The translations under genes were made by a program, and so were the position numbers. DNA of 64,000 bases, from the NCBI GenBank assembly GCA_943788915.1, contig CALSSD010000010.1:496001-560000 (forward strand). Direction: 5' to 3'. Shown in pieces: positions 50,325 to 59,691 of the stretch. The notes under the pieces were generated by a model, which was not told the origin of the DNA, searched no databases, and saw only the letters and a list, made by a program, of their open reading frames with translations. Numbering within the stretch: the stretch's first letter is position 1; each line of letters begins with the position of its first letter. Source of the DNA: an uncultured Acidimicrobiales bacterium (GTDB lineage Bacteria; Actinomycetota; Acidimicrobiia; Acidimicrobiales; UBA10347).

Positions 50325-51137
50325 TCAGGTCTTCGGTTTACGTTCGCGCTGCAGGAGTTCTTGAGCGATCGAAGCGATGTGCGAGCCATCCTGAGCGAAC
50401 AGATTGCCGATCGTGATTCCTCGAGCGCCGGTGAGTCCCCGACATTCCCATTCGTAGAGGTGCCATTCGTCGGCTCGTAGCGGCCGATGGAACCACATGG
50501 AATGGTCCAGGCTGGCGCCAATGAATTGTTCGTGGTTGTTCTCATCGCCGGTGAACAAGGGATGCAGGCTGCGAGCAGCAGGGAACTGAATCGTGTCGCT
50601 GGTAAACGCGAGGCCGCACACATGCAGGTGCGGATCATTGTCGAGCGGGTCGGTCAGCGTGACCCAGCCCATGGACTTGCCTGAGCCGGGATAGGTGCCC
50701 ATCGAACGACGTTCCATGATCCAAGGCCAGCTATCGCGCTGGCCCCGCATATCTTCCGGCGCTGGTGCAATCGGCATACGCGCAGTCTGCACGTCGGCTT
50801 CCTCTTCGAACCGCTGAAACGAACACGAGAGGTGCAGAATGGCGCCGCCAGATTGCCGTGCCACAACAGCTCGGGTGCAGAAGCTGCGGCCGTTGCGCAG
50901 TCGGTCGACCTCGTACCGAATCGGCTCCGTCACGTCGCCACCACGAATGAAGTAGGCATGGAGTGAATGGGGATGGAAACCCTCGTCGACCGAATGGAGT
51001 GCTGCCCGCAACGCTTGTGCCACCACCTGCCCGCCATAAACCCGGCCCCAGTCGTACGGCGGGCTTAACCCGACCCAAGTGTCGGGGCCGTGTGCCTCAA
51101 GTTGCATGACTTCGGCGAAGGTCTTCGGTGCACTCAC
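50325..51137 (-). CDS. tesB: Acyl-CoA thioesterase II
   Basis: VYGGQVVAQAL, HSLHAYF, GRSFCTR, ASLDHSMWFH and SIAQE motifs. Confidence 0.9.
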   Translation of the reverse strand: MSAPKTFAEVMQLEAHGPDTWVGLSPPYDWGRVYGGQVVAQALRAALHSVDEGFHPHSLHAYFIRGGDVTEPIRYEVDRLRNGRSFCTRAVVARQSGGAILHLSCSFQRFEEEADVQTARMPIAPAPEDMRGQRDSWPWIMERRSMGTYPGSGKSMGWVTLTDPLDNDPHLHVCGLAFTSDTIQFPAARSLHPLFTGDENNHEQFIGASLDHSMWFHRPLRADEWHLYEWECRGLTGARGITIGNLFAQDGSHIASIAQELLQRERKPKT

Positions 51138-51297
51138 GTCGTGAGCATACGCGCCGCCGGTGTTCTCAGTGCCTCGTCAGATGTCTCGTGCCGCTTAACC
51201 AGTTCTGTCACCTGATCCGGTGGTATGAAGCGCTTAGACACCTGACGTGGGTCCAGCAGGTGCAGGTCTGTTGGGCGTCGGCTTATCCTCGGTCGAC

Positions 51298-52563
51298 GTG
51301 ACGACAACGCGCGAGCCGGTCAAGAACACCGGCAACCCGCTGCGGTCGTTCAAAGAACGCAATGTGCGGATCTTCTTCGGTGGCATCGCCATCAGCAATA
51401 TCGGCACCTGGGCCCAGTTAACGGTTCTTGTGCTGCTCGTGCGGGAGCTCGGCGGTGGCGGCCTTGAGCTCGGCATCGTGACCGCGTGTCGTTTCGCCCC
51501 GCTGTTGTTCTTGGGGCTGTACGCCGGTGCGATTGCCGACCGCGTTGATCGGCACCGCCGCACCATGCAGATGCAAGGCGCACTCGGCATCCTGGCGTTG
51601 GTACTTGGTCTTGTCGACTGGCTCGACATGGAAACGTTGCCGCTGCTCTACGGCATCTCGATGGCGCAGGGTTTCTTGACAGCGTTCGATAACCCGACAC
51701 GTCGAACGATGGTCACCGAGATGGTGCCGCCTGAACAGCTTGCGAACGTGCTCTCGTTGAGCACCACGGTCATGACGGGTTCTCGCTTGTTCGGGCCGGC
51801 ACTCGGGGCAGTCCTGGCCACGACCGTCGGCACCCACGGCGCCTTCTTCTTGAATGGCGTGACCTATATCTTCTTCCTGTTCGTGATGAATACCATGGAT
51901 ACGTCGCGTTTCCACCTCTTACCCAAGAGCGTGAAGTCTGCTACGCCGATTCGCGACGGCCTGAGCGAGGTGTGGGCCGACCCGGTGCTGCGGATCACCA
52001 TCGGCGGGTTCGCCTTGATCGCCACCTTTGCGTTCAACCACACGGTGGCCTTCCCGCTTACGGTCACCGAACGACTCGGTGAGTCTGACGAGTACTACGG
52101 CTACCTGTTGTCGGTGATGAGCATCGGTAGTATCGCTGGATCCTTGTTCGTAGCCCGTCTGGTAGTTGTGTCACAACGGTTCATGCTGATCTGTGCAGCG
52201 TTGCTGGGGTCATCTCTGATCGCCTTCTCGTTTGTGACTGCAACATGGGCAGCCTTCCTCTTGGTCATGCCACTAGGTGCTGGAATGACGTCGTATATGA
52301 ACTCGTCGAACATCATCGTGCAACAACGCACCAGCCCAGAGATCCGCAGTCGGGTCCTCGCCCTGATCAGCGTGGTGTTTCTGGGAAGCACACCTATCGG
52401 CGGGCCGATCACCGGCATCATCGGTGACGCTGCTGGTGCAGTGTGGGCAAATCTCTACGGCGGGCTGGTTGTTCTCGGCGTGCTCGTGGTCACCCTGCCA
52501 GCGCTCAAGATCGTGACCGGTTCAGTGAACCCGGTTGAGACCGCTCAGGCCCGAGCGACGTAG
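51298..52563 (+). CDS. MFS transporter (MFS_3/DHA3-like)
   Basis: ISNIGTWAQ, GAIADRVDR and AFDNPTRR; about 12 TM helices; start approximate. Confidence 0.88.
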   Translation: MTTTREPVKNTGNPLRSFKERNVRIFFGGIAISNIGTWAQLTVLVLLVRELGGGGLELGIVTACRFAPLLFLGLYAGAIADRVDRHRRTMQMQGALGILALVLGLVDWLDMETLPLLYGISMAQGFLTAFDNPTRRTMVTEMVPPEQLANVLSLSTTVMTGSRLFGPALGAVLATTVGTHGAFFLNGVTYIFFLFVMNTMDTSRFHLLPKSVKSATPIRDGLSEVWADPVLRITIGGFALIATFAFNHTVAFPLTVTERLGESDEYYGYLLSVMSIGSIAGSLFVARLVVVSQRFMLICAALLGSSLIAFSFVTATWAAFLLVMPLGAGMTSYMNSSNIIVQQRTSPEIRSRVLALISVVFLGSTPIGGPITGIIGDAAGAVWANLYGGLVVLGVLVVTLPALKIVTGSVNPVETAQARAT

Positions 52564-53687
52564 CGCCACTCACCTTCGGTCTCGGTCTCGGCTGCGACCA
52601 CGCAGTCAGTGCTCAGCCGCCACAACGCCGTATGAATCGGCGTGGGGTCGAACTGGTACATCTCGGGGAAGGCTGCCTTGATTGCGTTCGTCGCTTCGAC
52701 AGCGTGGTAGTGCGGAATCCTCGAGAAGAGATGGTGTACAGCGTGGGTCGAGCCAATGTGATGGTGCACGGTGTCGAGCACTCGGCCATAGGGGCGATCG
52801 ATCGAGCAGAAGGCGCCCCGGACATAGGACCATTCGTCGCCGTCGAAGTGAGGAGTGTCGGCGTCGGTGTGATGCAACCAGGTGTAGGTGACAAGCCATG
52901 CATTGTTGACCAGATAGGGGCCAACGTAGAGCGCCACGACAAGCATCGGGCTGGTCGCTGCGGCCCACCAGACGAGAACCACAATCATTGTGACGACGCC
53001 GATGGTTGACGCAATGACGCGACGGGTGAAACGCGCGGGGAACAGCTTGTTGGTGAACGGCTTCCACGGCCAGAAGTGGTTGGTGCGGCCGTCTCCGTCG
53101 CTCGGTGTTGCACCGGAGATCAGGTAGATCGGCCAGCCGACGAGGAGATGGGCGCCCAAGTTGTAGACGCCATAGCCGCGCCGCCCGAGCCGCTTGCGGA
53201 GAGCGAGCGCCTTCTGCCCCGAGTCGCGATCGGCTCGCTTCGGCACATGGGTCTCACCTTGGCTCAGGTGATTGGTCTTCGCATGATGAACTGCGTGACT
53301 TCGTTGCCACGCGAAGTACGGCACGAGTAGAGCCGAATGAAACAGGAAACCAACGGCGTCTTGCACCAACTTGTTCTTCGAGAATGCACCGTGACCACAC
53401 TCGTGGGCGATCACCCATACGCCGGTTGTGCACGTGCCGGCAACCAACACATACAGCAACCAGACCGGTGTCCATGACCACGTCAGGGGCAGGAAGTTCC
53501 ACGCCAACACACCTGGTAGCACTGTGAGCAACACTGACAAGGCTGCGTATCGAAGCGAACGGGCCGTGTTGGCTTCGAACACGGCTGGCGGAAGCGCTGC
53601 GTGTACCTCGGACTTGGTCGGCACGGTGTCGGCCTGGTTCGCGGTAGACGCGGCGGTGAGATCTGGTCTCGCAGTGTCGATGCTCAT
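52545..53687 (-). CDS. Membrane fatty acid desaturase, Delta-12/omega-6 (FAD2/DesA-like)
   Basis: His boxes HECGH, HAVHH and HAVHHLFSRIPHYHA; TYTWLHHTD and IDRPYG. Confidence 0.9.
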   Translation of the reverse strand: MSIDTARPDLTAASTANQADTVPTKSEVHAALPPAVFEANTARSLRYAALSVLLTVLPGVLAWNFLPLTWSWTPVWLLYVLVAGTCTTGVWVIAHECGHGAFSKNKLVQDAVGFLFHSALLVPYFAWQRSHAVHHAKTNHLSQGETHVPKRADRDSGQKALALRKRLGRRGYGVYNLGAHLLVGWPIYLISGATPSDGDGRTNHFWPWKPFTNKLFPARFTRRVIASTIGVVTMIVVLVWWAAATSPMLVVALYVGPYLVNNAWLVTYTWLHHTDADTPHFDGDEWSYVRGAFCSIDRPYGRVLDTVHHHIGSTHAVHHLFSRIPHYHAVEATNAIKAAFPEMYQFDPTPIHTALWRLSTDCVVAAETETEGEWRYVARA

Positions 53688-53717
53688 GGTGGGGGGAAGG
53701 GTTTCTGTGTGTGGGAG

Positions 53718-55040
53718 TCAGGACTGTTGACGGATGTGGTCGCGCACGGTGGTGCCGGTGTATTCGGTGCGGAATCGGCCACGGCGCTGAAGCTCAGGAA
53801 CGATGTGGTCAACGAACTGTTCGATGGATCCTGGGTTGTGGATCGGCGAAAGCATAAAACCGTCGCCGCCTGCTTCATCGACGTAATCCAGCATTTGGTC
53901 GGTCACTGATTCGGTCGTGCCAGCGAACTGGGGGATGCCCACACTTTGGCCATGTTTCTGAGCAACCTCGGCGACGGTCATGGATGAGCCATCTGGATTG
54001 AGGTACCGAGTGCGCATGCGCTGTAACTCTGGCTCCATGCGATCCGCCATCGGTTCGTTCGGGTCGAGCTTGGCCAGGTCGAAGTCGAGGTGCGCCGACA
54101 AGATCGCCAACCCTGCTTCGAGCGGCACGAGCGCATTGTGTTCCTCAAGCAGTTCTTGGGCATGTTCGTCGGTCTCGCCAATGACGGGTTGTGCCCCGAA
54201 CAGAACTGCGCAATGGTTCGGATCCCGGCCAGCATCGGCAGTTCGGGACTTGATGTCGTCGTATAACTCTGCGGCATCAACAGCTCGTGGTTGGATGGCA
54301 AAGATGGCGTCGGCATGTTTGGCTGCGAAGTCTTTGCCCTGCGGTGATGTGCCTGCTTGCAAGATAGCGGGGCCGGTCTGCGGTGACCTGGTGACGTTCA
54401 ATGGGCCACGTGATGAGTAGAACTCACCTTCGAAGTCGATGCGTCGGACCTTGGTCGAATCGACGAACTGAGGTGCCTCAGTATCCATAACCACGGCATC
54501 TTTGTCCCAGCTGGCCCATAGTTGGTTACAGACTTCGATGAATTCGTGTGCCTTCTCATAACGACGCTCGGAAGGCTCACGCTCCTGGCCATAGTTCGCG
54601 GCCTGGTTGTGGTTGAGCGACGTAACCACATTCCAGCCAGCACGGCCGCGGGTCAGATGGTCGATTGTGGCCCACAACCGAGAGACATAGAACGGATGAT
54701 GATGGCTGGTGCTGAACGTGGCCGCCACTCCGATCTTCTCTGTTACCGCTGCCATAAAGGACAGCAGCGGAATGGGGTCATGTTCTGGCGCCTGAACTGC
54801 ATATCGCAGCGCAGGATCGAGCTCGCCGGTATAGGTGTCGGAGATGTAGTTCAGGTCGGCGAAGAACACCATGTCGAACAAGCCGCGTTCACATGTCTGA
54901 GCGATCTGCTGGTACAGCTCGGGGCGGGCCCAGGTATCGGTCTCCCATTGTGTTAGAGGATGGCGCCACATGGCATGGCTGTGGTACGTCGGCCCGTGAA
55001 TCAAGAATTGCGCTATGTGCACGTGCTTCTTCGATGTCAT
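53718..55040 (-). CDS. NtaA/DmoA/DszA family FMN-dependent monooxygenase
   Basis: WRHP, FDMVFFAD, GRAGWNVVTS, LQAGTS and VPELQRRG; start at ATG 55040. Confidence 0.92.
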   Translation of the reverse strand: MTSKKHVHIAQFLIHGPTYHSHAMWRHPLTQWETDTWARPELYQQIAQTCERGLFDMVFFADLNYISDTYTGELDPALRYAVQAPEHDPIPLLSFMAAVTEKIGVAATFSTSHHHPFYVSRLWATIDHLTRGRAGWNVVTSLNHNQAANYGQEREPSERRYEKAHEFIEVCNQLWASWDKDAVVMDTEAPQFVDSTKVRRIDFEGEFYSSRGPLNVTRSPQTGPAILQAGTSPQGKDFAAKHADAIFAIQPRAVDAAELYDDIKSRTADAGRDPNHCAVLFGAQPVIGETDEHAQELLEEHNALVPLEAGLAILSAHLDFDLAKLDPNEPMADRMEPELQRMRTRYLNPDGSSMTVAEVAQKHGQSVGIPQFAGTTESVTDQMLDYVDEAGGDGFMLSPIHNPGSIEQFVDHIVPELQRRGRFRTEYTGTTVRDHIRQQS

Positions 55041-55099
55041 AAGCGACGACCTTAGAATCTCTGACAGATTGAGAACCAAAGCGACCAGCGAGAAGTGTG

Positions 55100-55470
55100 T
55101 CGAACGATGGATATCGCGGCGCCGCCGGACCAGGCGACTCTCGGCCTGCACGTGGCAGGCCTCGATGTTTCGCTGGCAACAGCGGGTTTCGTGCACGTAT
55201 GCCTTTGGTTGCTTCGCCAGCGTTCCCCGCTCAATCAGCCGGCCAACGGTTTTGGGAGACGAGGGCCAGTGAACACAGACATGTGCAACTGACCGCCGTG
55301 CCCGCCGACGCGTACGAGAACTTCGCATTTGTGGTGAGTCATCCTGAACTCGTTGATCAGTTGTGGTTCAAGTTCGGTCTCAAGAATGCACGATGTATCG
55401 AGAAAGCTGGTCCACAATCGAAGTTCTGCGGAAGGGAGATCGCTGCTCGTGTCGACGGAGTCGCCACTAT
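55100..55470 (-). pseudogene. Degenerate MarR family regulator
   Basis: ELRLWTSFLDTSCILETELEPQL..EVLVRVGGHGGQLHMSV, then in a shifted frame KTVGRLIERG; boundaries approximate. Confidence 0.6.
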
Positions 55471-55557
55471 CGGCGCAGTACGTCCAAATGTGGGATCTGT
55501 GGTTGTGGATGCATGCCACATCGTTGTTAACTACTTCACCATCAAGTTCATACGGAG

Positions 55558-56038
55558 ATGTTCATGAAAAGAATTTTCGCTATGACGCTGGCTCTCAGCG
55601 GTTTGCTGCTTGTCGTCGTTGCCGGGTCGGCTCCGGCGAGCGCCCAAGGTGCCGATGATCCTGCACAAGTCGCACAGGGACAAGTGGTCTTTGCACTTTC
55701 ATGTGCGGGTTGCCATGGCGACGATGGCGCAGGTGTTACCGGGGCCGGGCGGCCATTGACTGGTATTGCGAACCAAGGTGACCGTGCCGTCCATATCGAC
55801 AGCATCACCACTGGCAAGGGCGGAATGCCAGCCTTTGGCGAGCGCCTCTCGTCCGACGAGATCGAACAGGCTGCGTCCTACGTCCGGCTGACCTTCGTCG
55901 ACGACAGCAGCAGCGACAGCTGATGAAGAACTGGCCCGCACCGGTGCAGGAAGCGCCGGACTCGCCGTGGTCGGCGTCACCATGGTTACCGGTGGCATGT
56001 ACCTGGTCACCTGGAACCGCCGCCGTACCGGCATGTAA
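55558..56038 (+). CDS. Secreted monoheme c-type cytochrome with LAxTG sortase signal in the +1 frame
   Basis: Signal peptide ..ASAQ, CAGCH, GGMPAF; +1 frame DEELARTG-hydrophobic-NRRRTGM*. Confidence 0.75.
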
Positions 56039-56039
56039 C

Positions 56040-56073
56040 GAAAAGTTACGTCCCCAGGGGACGGTAACTTCTC
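56040..56073. repeat. Palindromic repeat copy 3 (possible bidirectional terminator)
   Basis: GAAAAGTTACGTCCCCAGGGGACGGTAACTTCTC between convergent cytochrome and rlmH stops. Confidence 0.75.
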
Positions 56074-56074
56074 G

Positions 56075-56536
56075 CTATGAGTGGTGGTACGGGTGGCCGG
56101 CCAAGATGGTGTCGGCTCGGTAGATTTGTTCGAGGGCAGTTGCGCGGGCAATCTCGTGGGGGAGTGTCATCGCTCCGAGATTGACCAGTCGGTCGGCTCG
56201 GGTCAGAAAGTCGTCGGCCAAGCCGTAACTTGTGCCGATCACCGCGGTCACTTTCTTTGGCCGGGCGCCCTGCAGCACCTTGGCGAATGCGGGTGAGGTC
56301 AGGCTCTTCCCTCGTTCGTCGAAGACCAAAACAAACACACCCGGGCCGCTGTAGGGCTCAAGCAGCTTGGTCGCGTTTGCCTGTACATCTGCAGGTCCGT
56401 CGCCTTTTTCGCGCAGAATCACATGCTTGAACGTGGTCGCTTTGGCGAGTCGCTTTTCGTAGATCTCGAGAATGGGTTTCCACACCGCCTTCGGTTTGCC
56501 GAAGCTCACGAACGCAATGTCGGGAAGATGGCCCAC
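56075..56536 (-). CDS. rlmH: 23S rRNA (pseudouridine1915-N3)-methyltransferase
   Basis: DERGKSLTS, IGTSYGL and MTLPHE..EQIYRA..GHPYH. Confidence 0.93.
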   Translation of the reverse strand: MGHLPDIAFVSFGKPKAVWKPILEIYEKRLAKATTFKHVILREKGDGPADVQANATKLLEPYSGPGVFVLVFDERGKSLTSPAFAKVLQGARPKKVTAVIGTSYGLADDFLTRADRLVNLGAMTLPHEIARATALEQIYRADTILAGHPYHHS

Positions 56537-56683
56537 CGTTGGACCCTAACTGGAAACGGATTCCCGCAACTCCTGCAGATGGGACGATTCGACCCCGTCT
56601 GCGGTGCCTGAGGCGCCAGGGGTCGTGTGACACAGGCAGAGTGAGCGCAGCGAATACGGACTAACCGCTAGCCTGAGTGGCTC

Positions 56684-59431
56684 ATGGCTATATGGAGCAA
56701 ACTTCTCCGATCCGGCGAAGGCAAGAAGACACGGGCGCTTGAGTCGCTGATCCCCGAGATCAACGCACTTGAGCCGGAAATTCAGAAGCTAAGCGACGAT
56801 GCTCTCTCCGCTAAGACGGGTGAATTCCGTCAGCGCCTCGACAATGGGCAAGACCTCAACGACCTGCTGCTCGAGGGTTTCGCAGTCGCACGCGAGGCAG
56901 CGCTTCGCACGATCGGTCAGCGGGCCTACGACGTCCAGCTCATGGGCGGCGCGTGTTTGCACTTCGGTTGGGTAGCGGAAATGAAGACCGGCGAGGGCAA
57001 GACGCTCACCTCGGTGCTTCCCGTCTATCTCAACGCCCTAACCGGCGGTGGCGTGCACCAGGTCACGGTGAATGACTATCTCGCAAAGCGAGACGCCGAG
57101 TGGATGGGGCAGATTCACGAGTTCATGGGTCTCGATGTTGGCCTGATCATCCCGGGTAACAACGACCCAGCCCACAAGCGGGCCCAATACGGCGCCGACA
57201 TCACCTACGGCACGAACAACGAGTTCGGCTTCGACTATCTGCGCGACAACATGGCCATGAGCCGTGCTGCCCAGGTGCAGCGTGGTCATGCATACTGCAT
57301 CGTTGATGAGATCGACTCGATTCTGGTCGACGAGGCGCGAACGCCGCTGATTATTAGCGGTCGTCTCGCCGACGCCGCCCAGCTTTACTACAAGTTCGCA
57401 TCGATCGTGCGTGGACTCACTCGTGACCTGCATTACGAAGTCGACGAAGAAAAGCGCACCGTCTCGCCGACCGAAGAGGGCATTCATGCCGTCGAGCGGT
57501 CACTCGACATCGACAACCTGTACGACTCGGTCCGAGGTAACTATGTGCACCAGTTCGGTGTGGCGTTGCGAGCCAAAGAGCTCTTCACCCGCGACAAGGA
57601 ATACATCGTCAACAACGGCGAAGTAAAGATCGTTGACGACTTCACCGGTCGCATCCTCGAAGGTCGACGCTGGAGCGACGGCCTGCATCAGGCGGTCGAA
57701 GCCAAAGAAGGCGTGAAGATCAAGGAAGAAAATCAGACGCTCGCCACTATCACGTTGCAGAACTACTTCCGGCTGTACGAGAAACTCGCTGGTATGACCG
57801 GTACGGCCCAGACGGAGGCCGCCGAACTTCACGCCACCTACGGGCTGCACGTGGTCCAGATTCCGACGAACCTGCCGCTGGTTCGCAAAGACGAAGTTGA
57901 TTTGGTCTTCAAGACCGAAGCAGCGAAATATGACGCTGTCGCCGACGACATCGCTGCCCGGTACACCGAAGGCCAGCCTGTACTGGTCGGTACGATTTCG
58001 GTCGAGAAGAGCGAACAGCTCGGCAAACTCCTCGAAAAGCGCAACATCCCCCACGAGGTTCTCAACGCCAAGCAGCACACTCGAGAAGCCGAAATCGTGA
58101 CCCAGGCGGGTCGACTGCATTCGGTCACGGTGGCTACGAATATGGCCGGTCGTGGTGTCGACATCCTGCTGGGTGGTAATCCCGAGGGTATGGCCATCCG
58201 CGATGTGCGGGCAGAGGGTCTTGACCCCGAGAGCGACGACGGCAAGAAGAAGGTCGCGAAACTCGAAGCCAAGTTCAAACTTGACACCGAGGCCGAAGGC
58301 GACGTTGTCCGCGACCTTGGTGGTCTTTATGTCGTAGCGACCGAACGCCACGACAGCCGTCGAATCGACAACCAGCTACGTGGCCGCGCTGGTCGTCAGG
58401 GAGACCCTGGCGAGAGCCGCTTCTACCTTTCACTCGAAGATGACCTCATGCGTATCTTCGCCAGCGGTGCCATGGACTGGGTCATGGGTAAGGCCTTGCC
58501 CGACGACGTGCCTATCGACTCGAAGATGGTCACCAAAGCCGTCGAGCGGGCGCAGACCACCGTCGAGCAGAAGAACGCCGAGTCACGCAAGAACGTGCTC
58601 AAGTACGACGAAGTCATGAACGAACAGCGCAAGGTGATCTACGCCCGGCGTAACCAGATTCTCGATGGCGAAGACCTTCGCGACGAAGCACTCGAGCGCC
58701 TCGCCGAGGCGGTTGATTCCACCATCTCCATTCACTGCGTCAGCAATGTCAAAGAAGATTGGGACCTCGACGGCCTGATCACCGAGATGCAGGTCATGTG
58801 GGACAACGAACTCACGATCGAATCCATCGATGGGTGCGCCAATACCGACGAGATCTATGACCGGCTGATGGCCGATGGCACCGCAGCGTATGAGTCTCGC
58901 GAGGCCGACATCGGCTCCGAAGCCATGCGCGAGATCGAGCGCCAGGTCATGCTCCGAGTGCTCGACACCAAATGGCGCGAACACCTGTACGACATGGACT
59001 ACCTCAAGGAAGGTATCCACCTTCGTGCCATGGGCCAGAAGGATCCACTGACCGAGTGGCAGCGTGAAGGCTTCGAGATGTTCTCTGGCATGCTCGAACA
59101 AGCAGCGCGTGAGTTCGTGGCCTACATCATGCACATCGAGGTGCAGCCCGAAGAACTCAGCAGTGAGCCAGCTACCACAGACATGCAGGCCACTGGGCCA
59201 ACCAGCCCAATTGATGGGTCGGTGCTTGTCGACGCACGTGCTCAGGCGCAGGCACAACGTGCCCAACAAGCTGGTGCCTCGGCAGCAGAGGACACGGGGC
59301 TTGAGCGAGTCGAAGCCAACCGCACCGCTCCTGTCGAGCAGGTTGTGCGTTCCGAAGACGAACGCACACCGCGCAACGCTCCCTGCCCATGTGGATCGGG
59401 CAAGAAGTTCAAGCAGTGCCACGGGCGCTGA
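56684..59431 (+). CDS. secA: Protein translocase subunit SecA
   Basis: EMKTGEGKT, VDEIDSILVDEARTP, TNMAGRG and C-terminal SEC-C CPCGSGKKFKQCH. Confidence 0.99.
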   Translation: MAIWSKLLRSGEGKKTRALESLIPEINALEPEIQKLSDDALSAKTGEFRQRLDNGQDLNDLLLEGFAVAREAALRTIGQRAYDVQLMGGACLHFGWVAEMKTGEGKTLTSVLPVYLNALTGGGVHQVTVNDYLAKRDAEWMGQIHEFMGLDVGLIIPGNNDPAHKRAQYGADITYGTNNEFGFDYLRDNMAMSRAAQVQRGHAYCIVDEIDSILVDEARTPLIISGRLADAAQLYYKFASIVRGLTRDLHYEVDEEKRTVSPTEEGIHAVERSLDIDNLYDSVRGNYVHQFGVALRAKELFTRDKEYIVNNGEVKIVDDFTGRILEGRRWSDGLHQAVEAKEGVKIKEENQTLATITLQNYFRLYEKLAGMTGTAQTEAAELHATYGLHVVQIPTNLPLVRKDEVDLVFKTEAAKYDAVADDIAARYTEGQPVLVGTISVEKSEQLGKLLEKRNIPHEVLNAKQHTREAEIVTQAGRLHSVTVATNMAGRGVDILLGGNPEGMAIRDVRAEGLDPESDDGKKKVAKLEAKFKLDTEAEGDVVRDLGGLYVVATERHDSRRIDNQLRGRAGRQGDPGESRFYLSLEDDLMRIFASGAMDWVMGKALPDDVPIDSKMVTKAVERAQTTVEQKNAESRKNVLKYDEVMNEQRKVIYARRNQILDGEDLRDEALERLAEAVDSTISIHCVSNVKEDWDLDGLITEMQVMWDNELTIESIDGCANTDEIYDRLMADGTAAYESREADIGSEAMREIERQVMLRVLDTKWREHLYDMDYLKEGIHLRAMGQKDPLTEWQREGFEMFSGMLEQAAREFVAYIMHIEVQPEELSSEPATTDMQATGPTSPIDGSVLVDARAQAQAQRAQQAGASAAEDTGLERVEANRTAPVEQVVRSEDERTPRNAPCPCGSGKKFKQCHGR

Positions 59432-59691
59432 CGCTCTGTTTTGCTTCGCTCCTCTTGGGGTAGACCGGATCGCTCGCTGAGGCTCGCAATCCTATTTTCG
59501 AGTTTCTGTATCGGTGGTCCCGGTGAGTCCGTAGTGGCCTCGTGTCCGTCGGACACGGTTGAGCGTTAGTTGGTGCGTCTCGTCGCTCAACGAGGCTGGC
59601 TCGTCCCTCGCTCCTAACTCAGTACCACCGCGCCGCCCTGACGCACTCGGGTCGGAACCACCGCAATGGTCGCTGTGGCGGCTAGAAACAA

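Noticed and set aside
55041..55328. N-terminal extension of the monooxygenase ORF
   Set aside because: It is read-through from the MarR remnant; family homology starts at MTSKKH
1038..59422. Many long antisense or alternate-frame ORFs (e.g. 1038-1910, 31335-32369, 57500-58351, 58583-59422)
   Set aside because: Shadows of well-supported genes in high-GC DNA with no recognisable motifs
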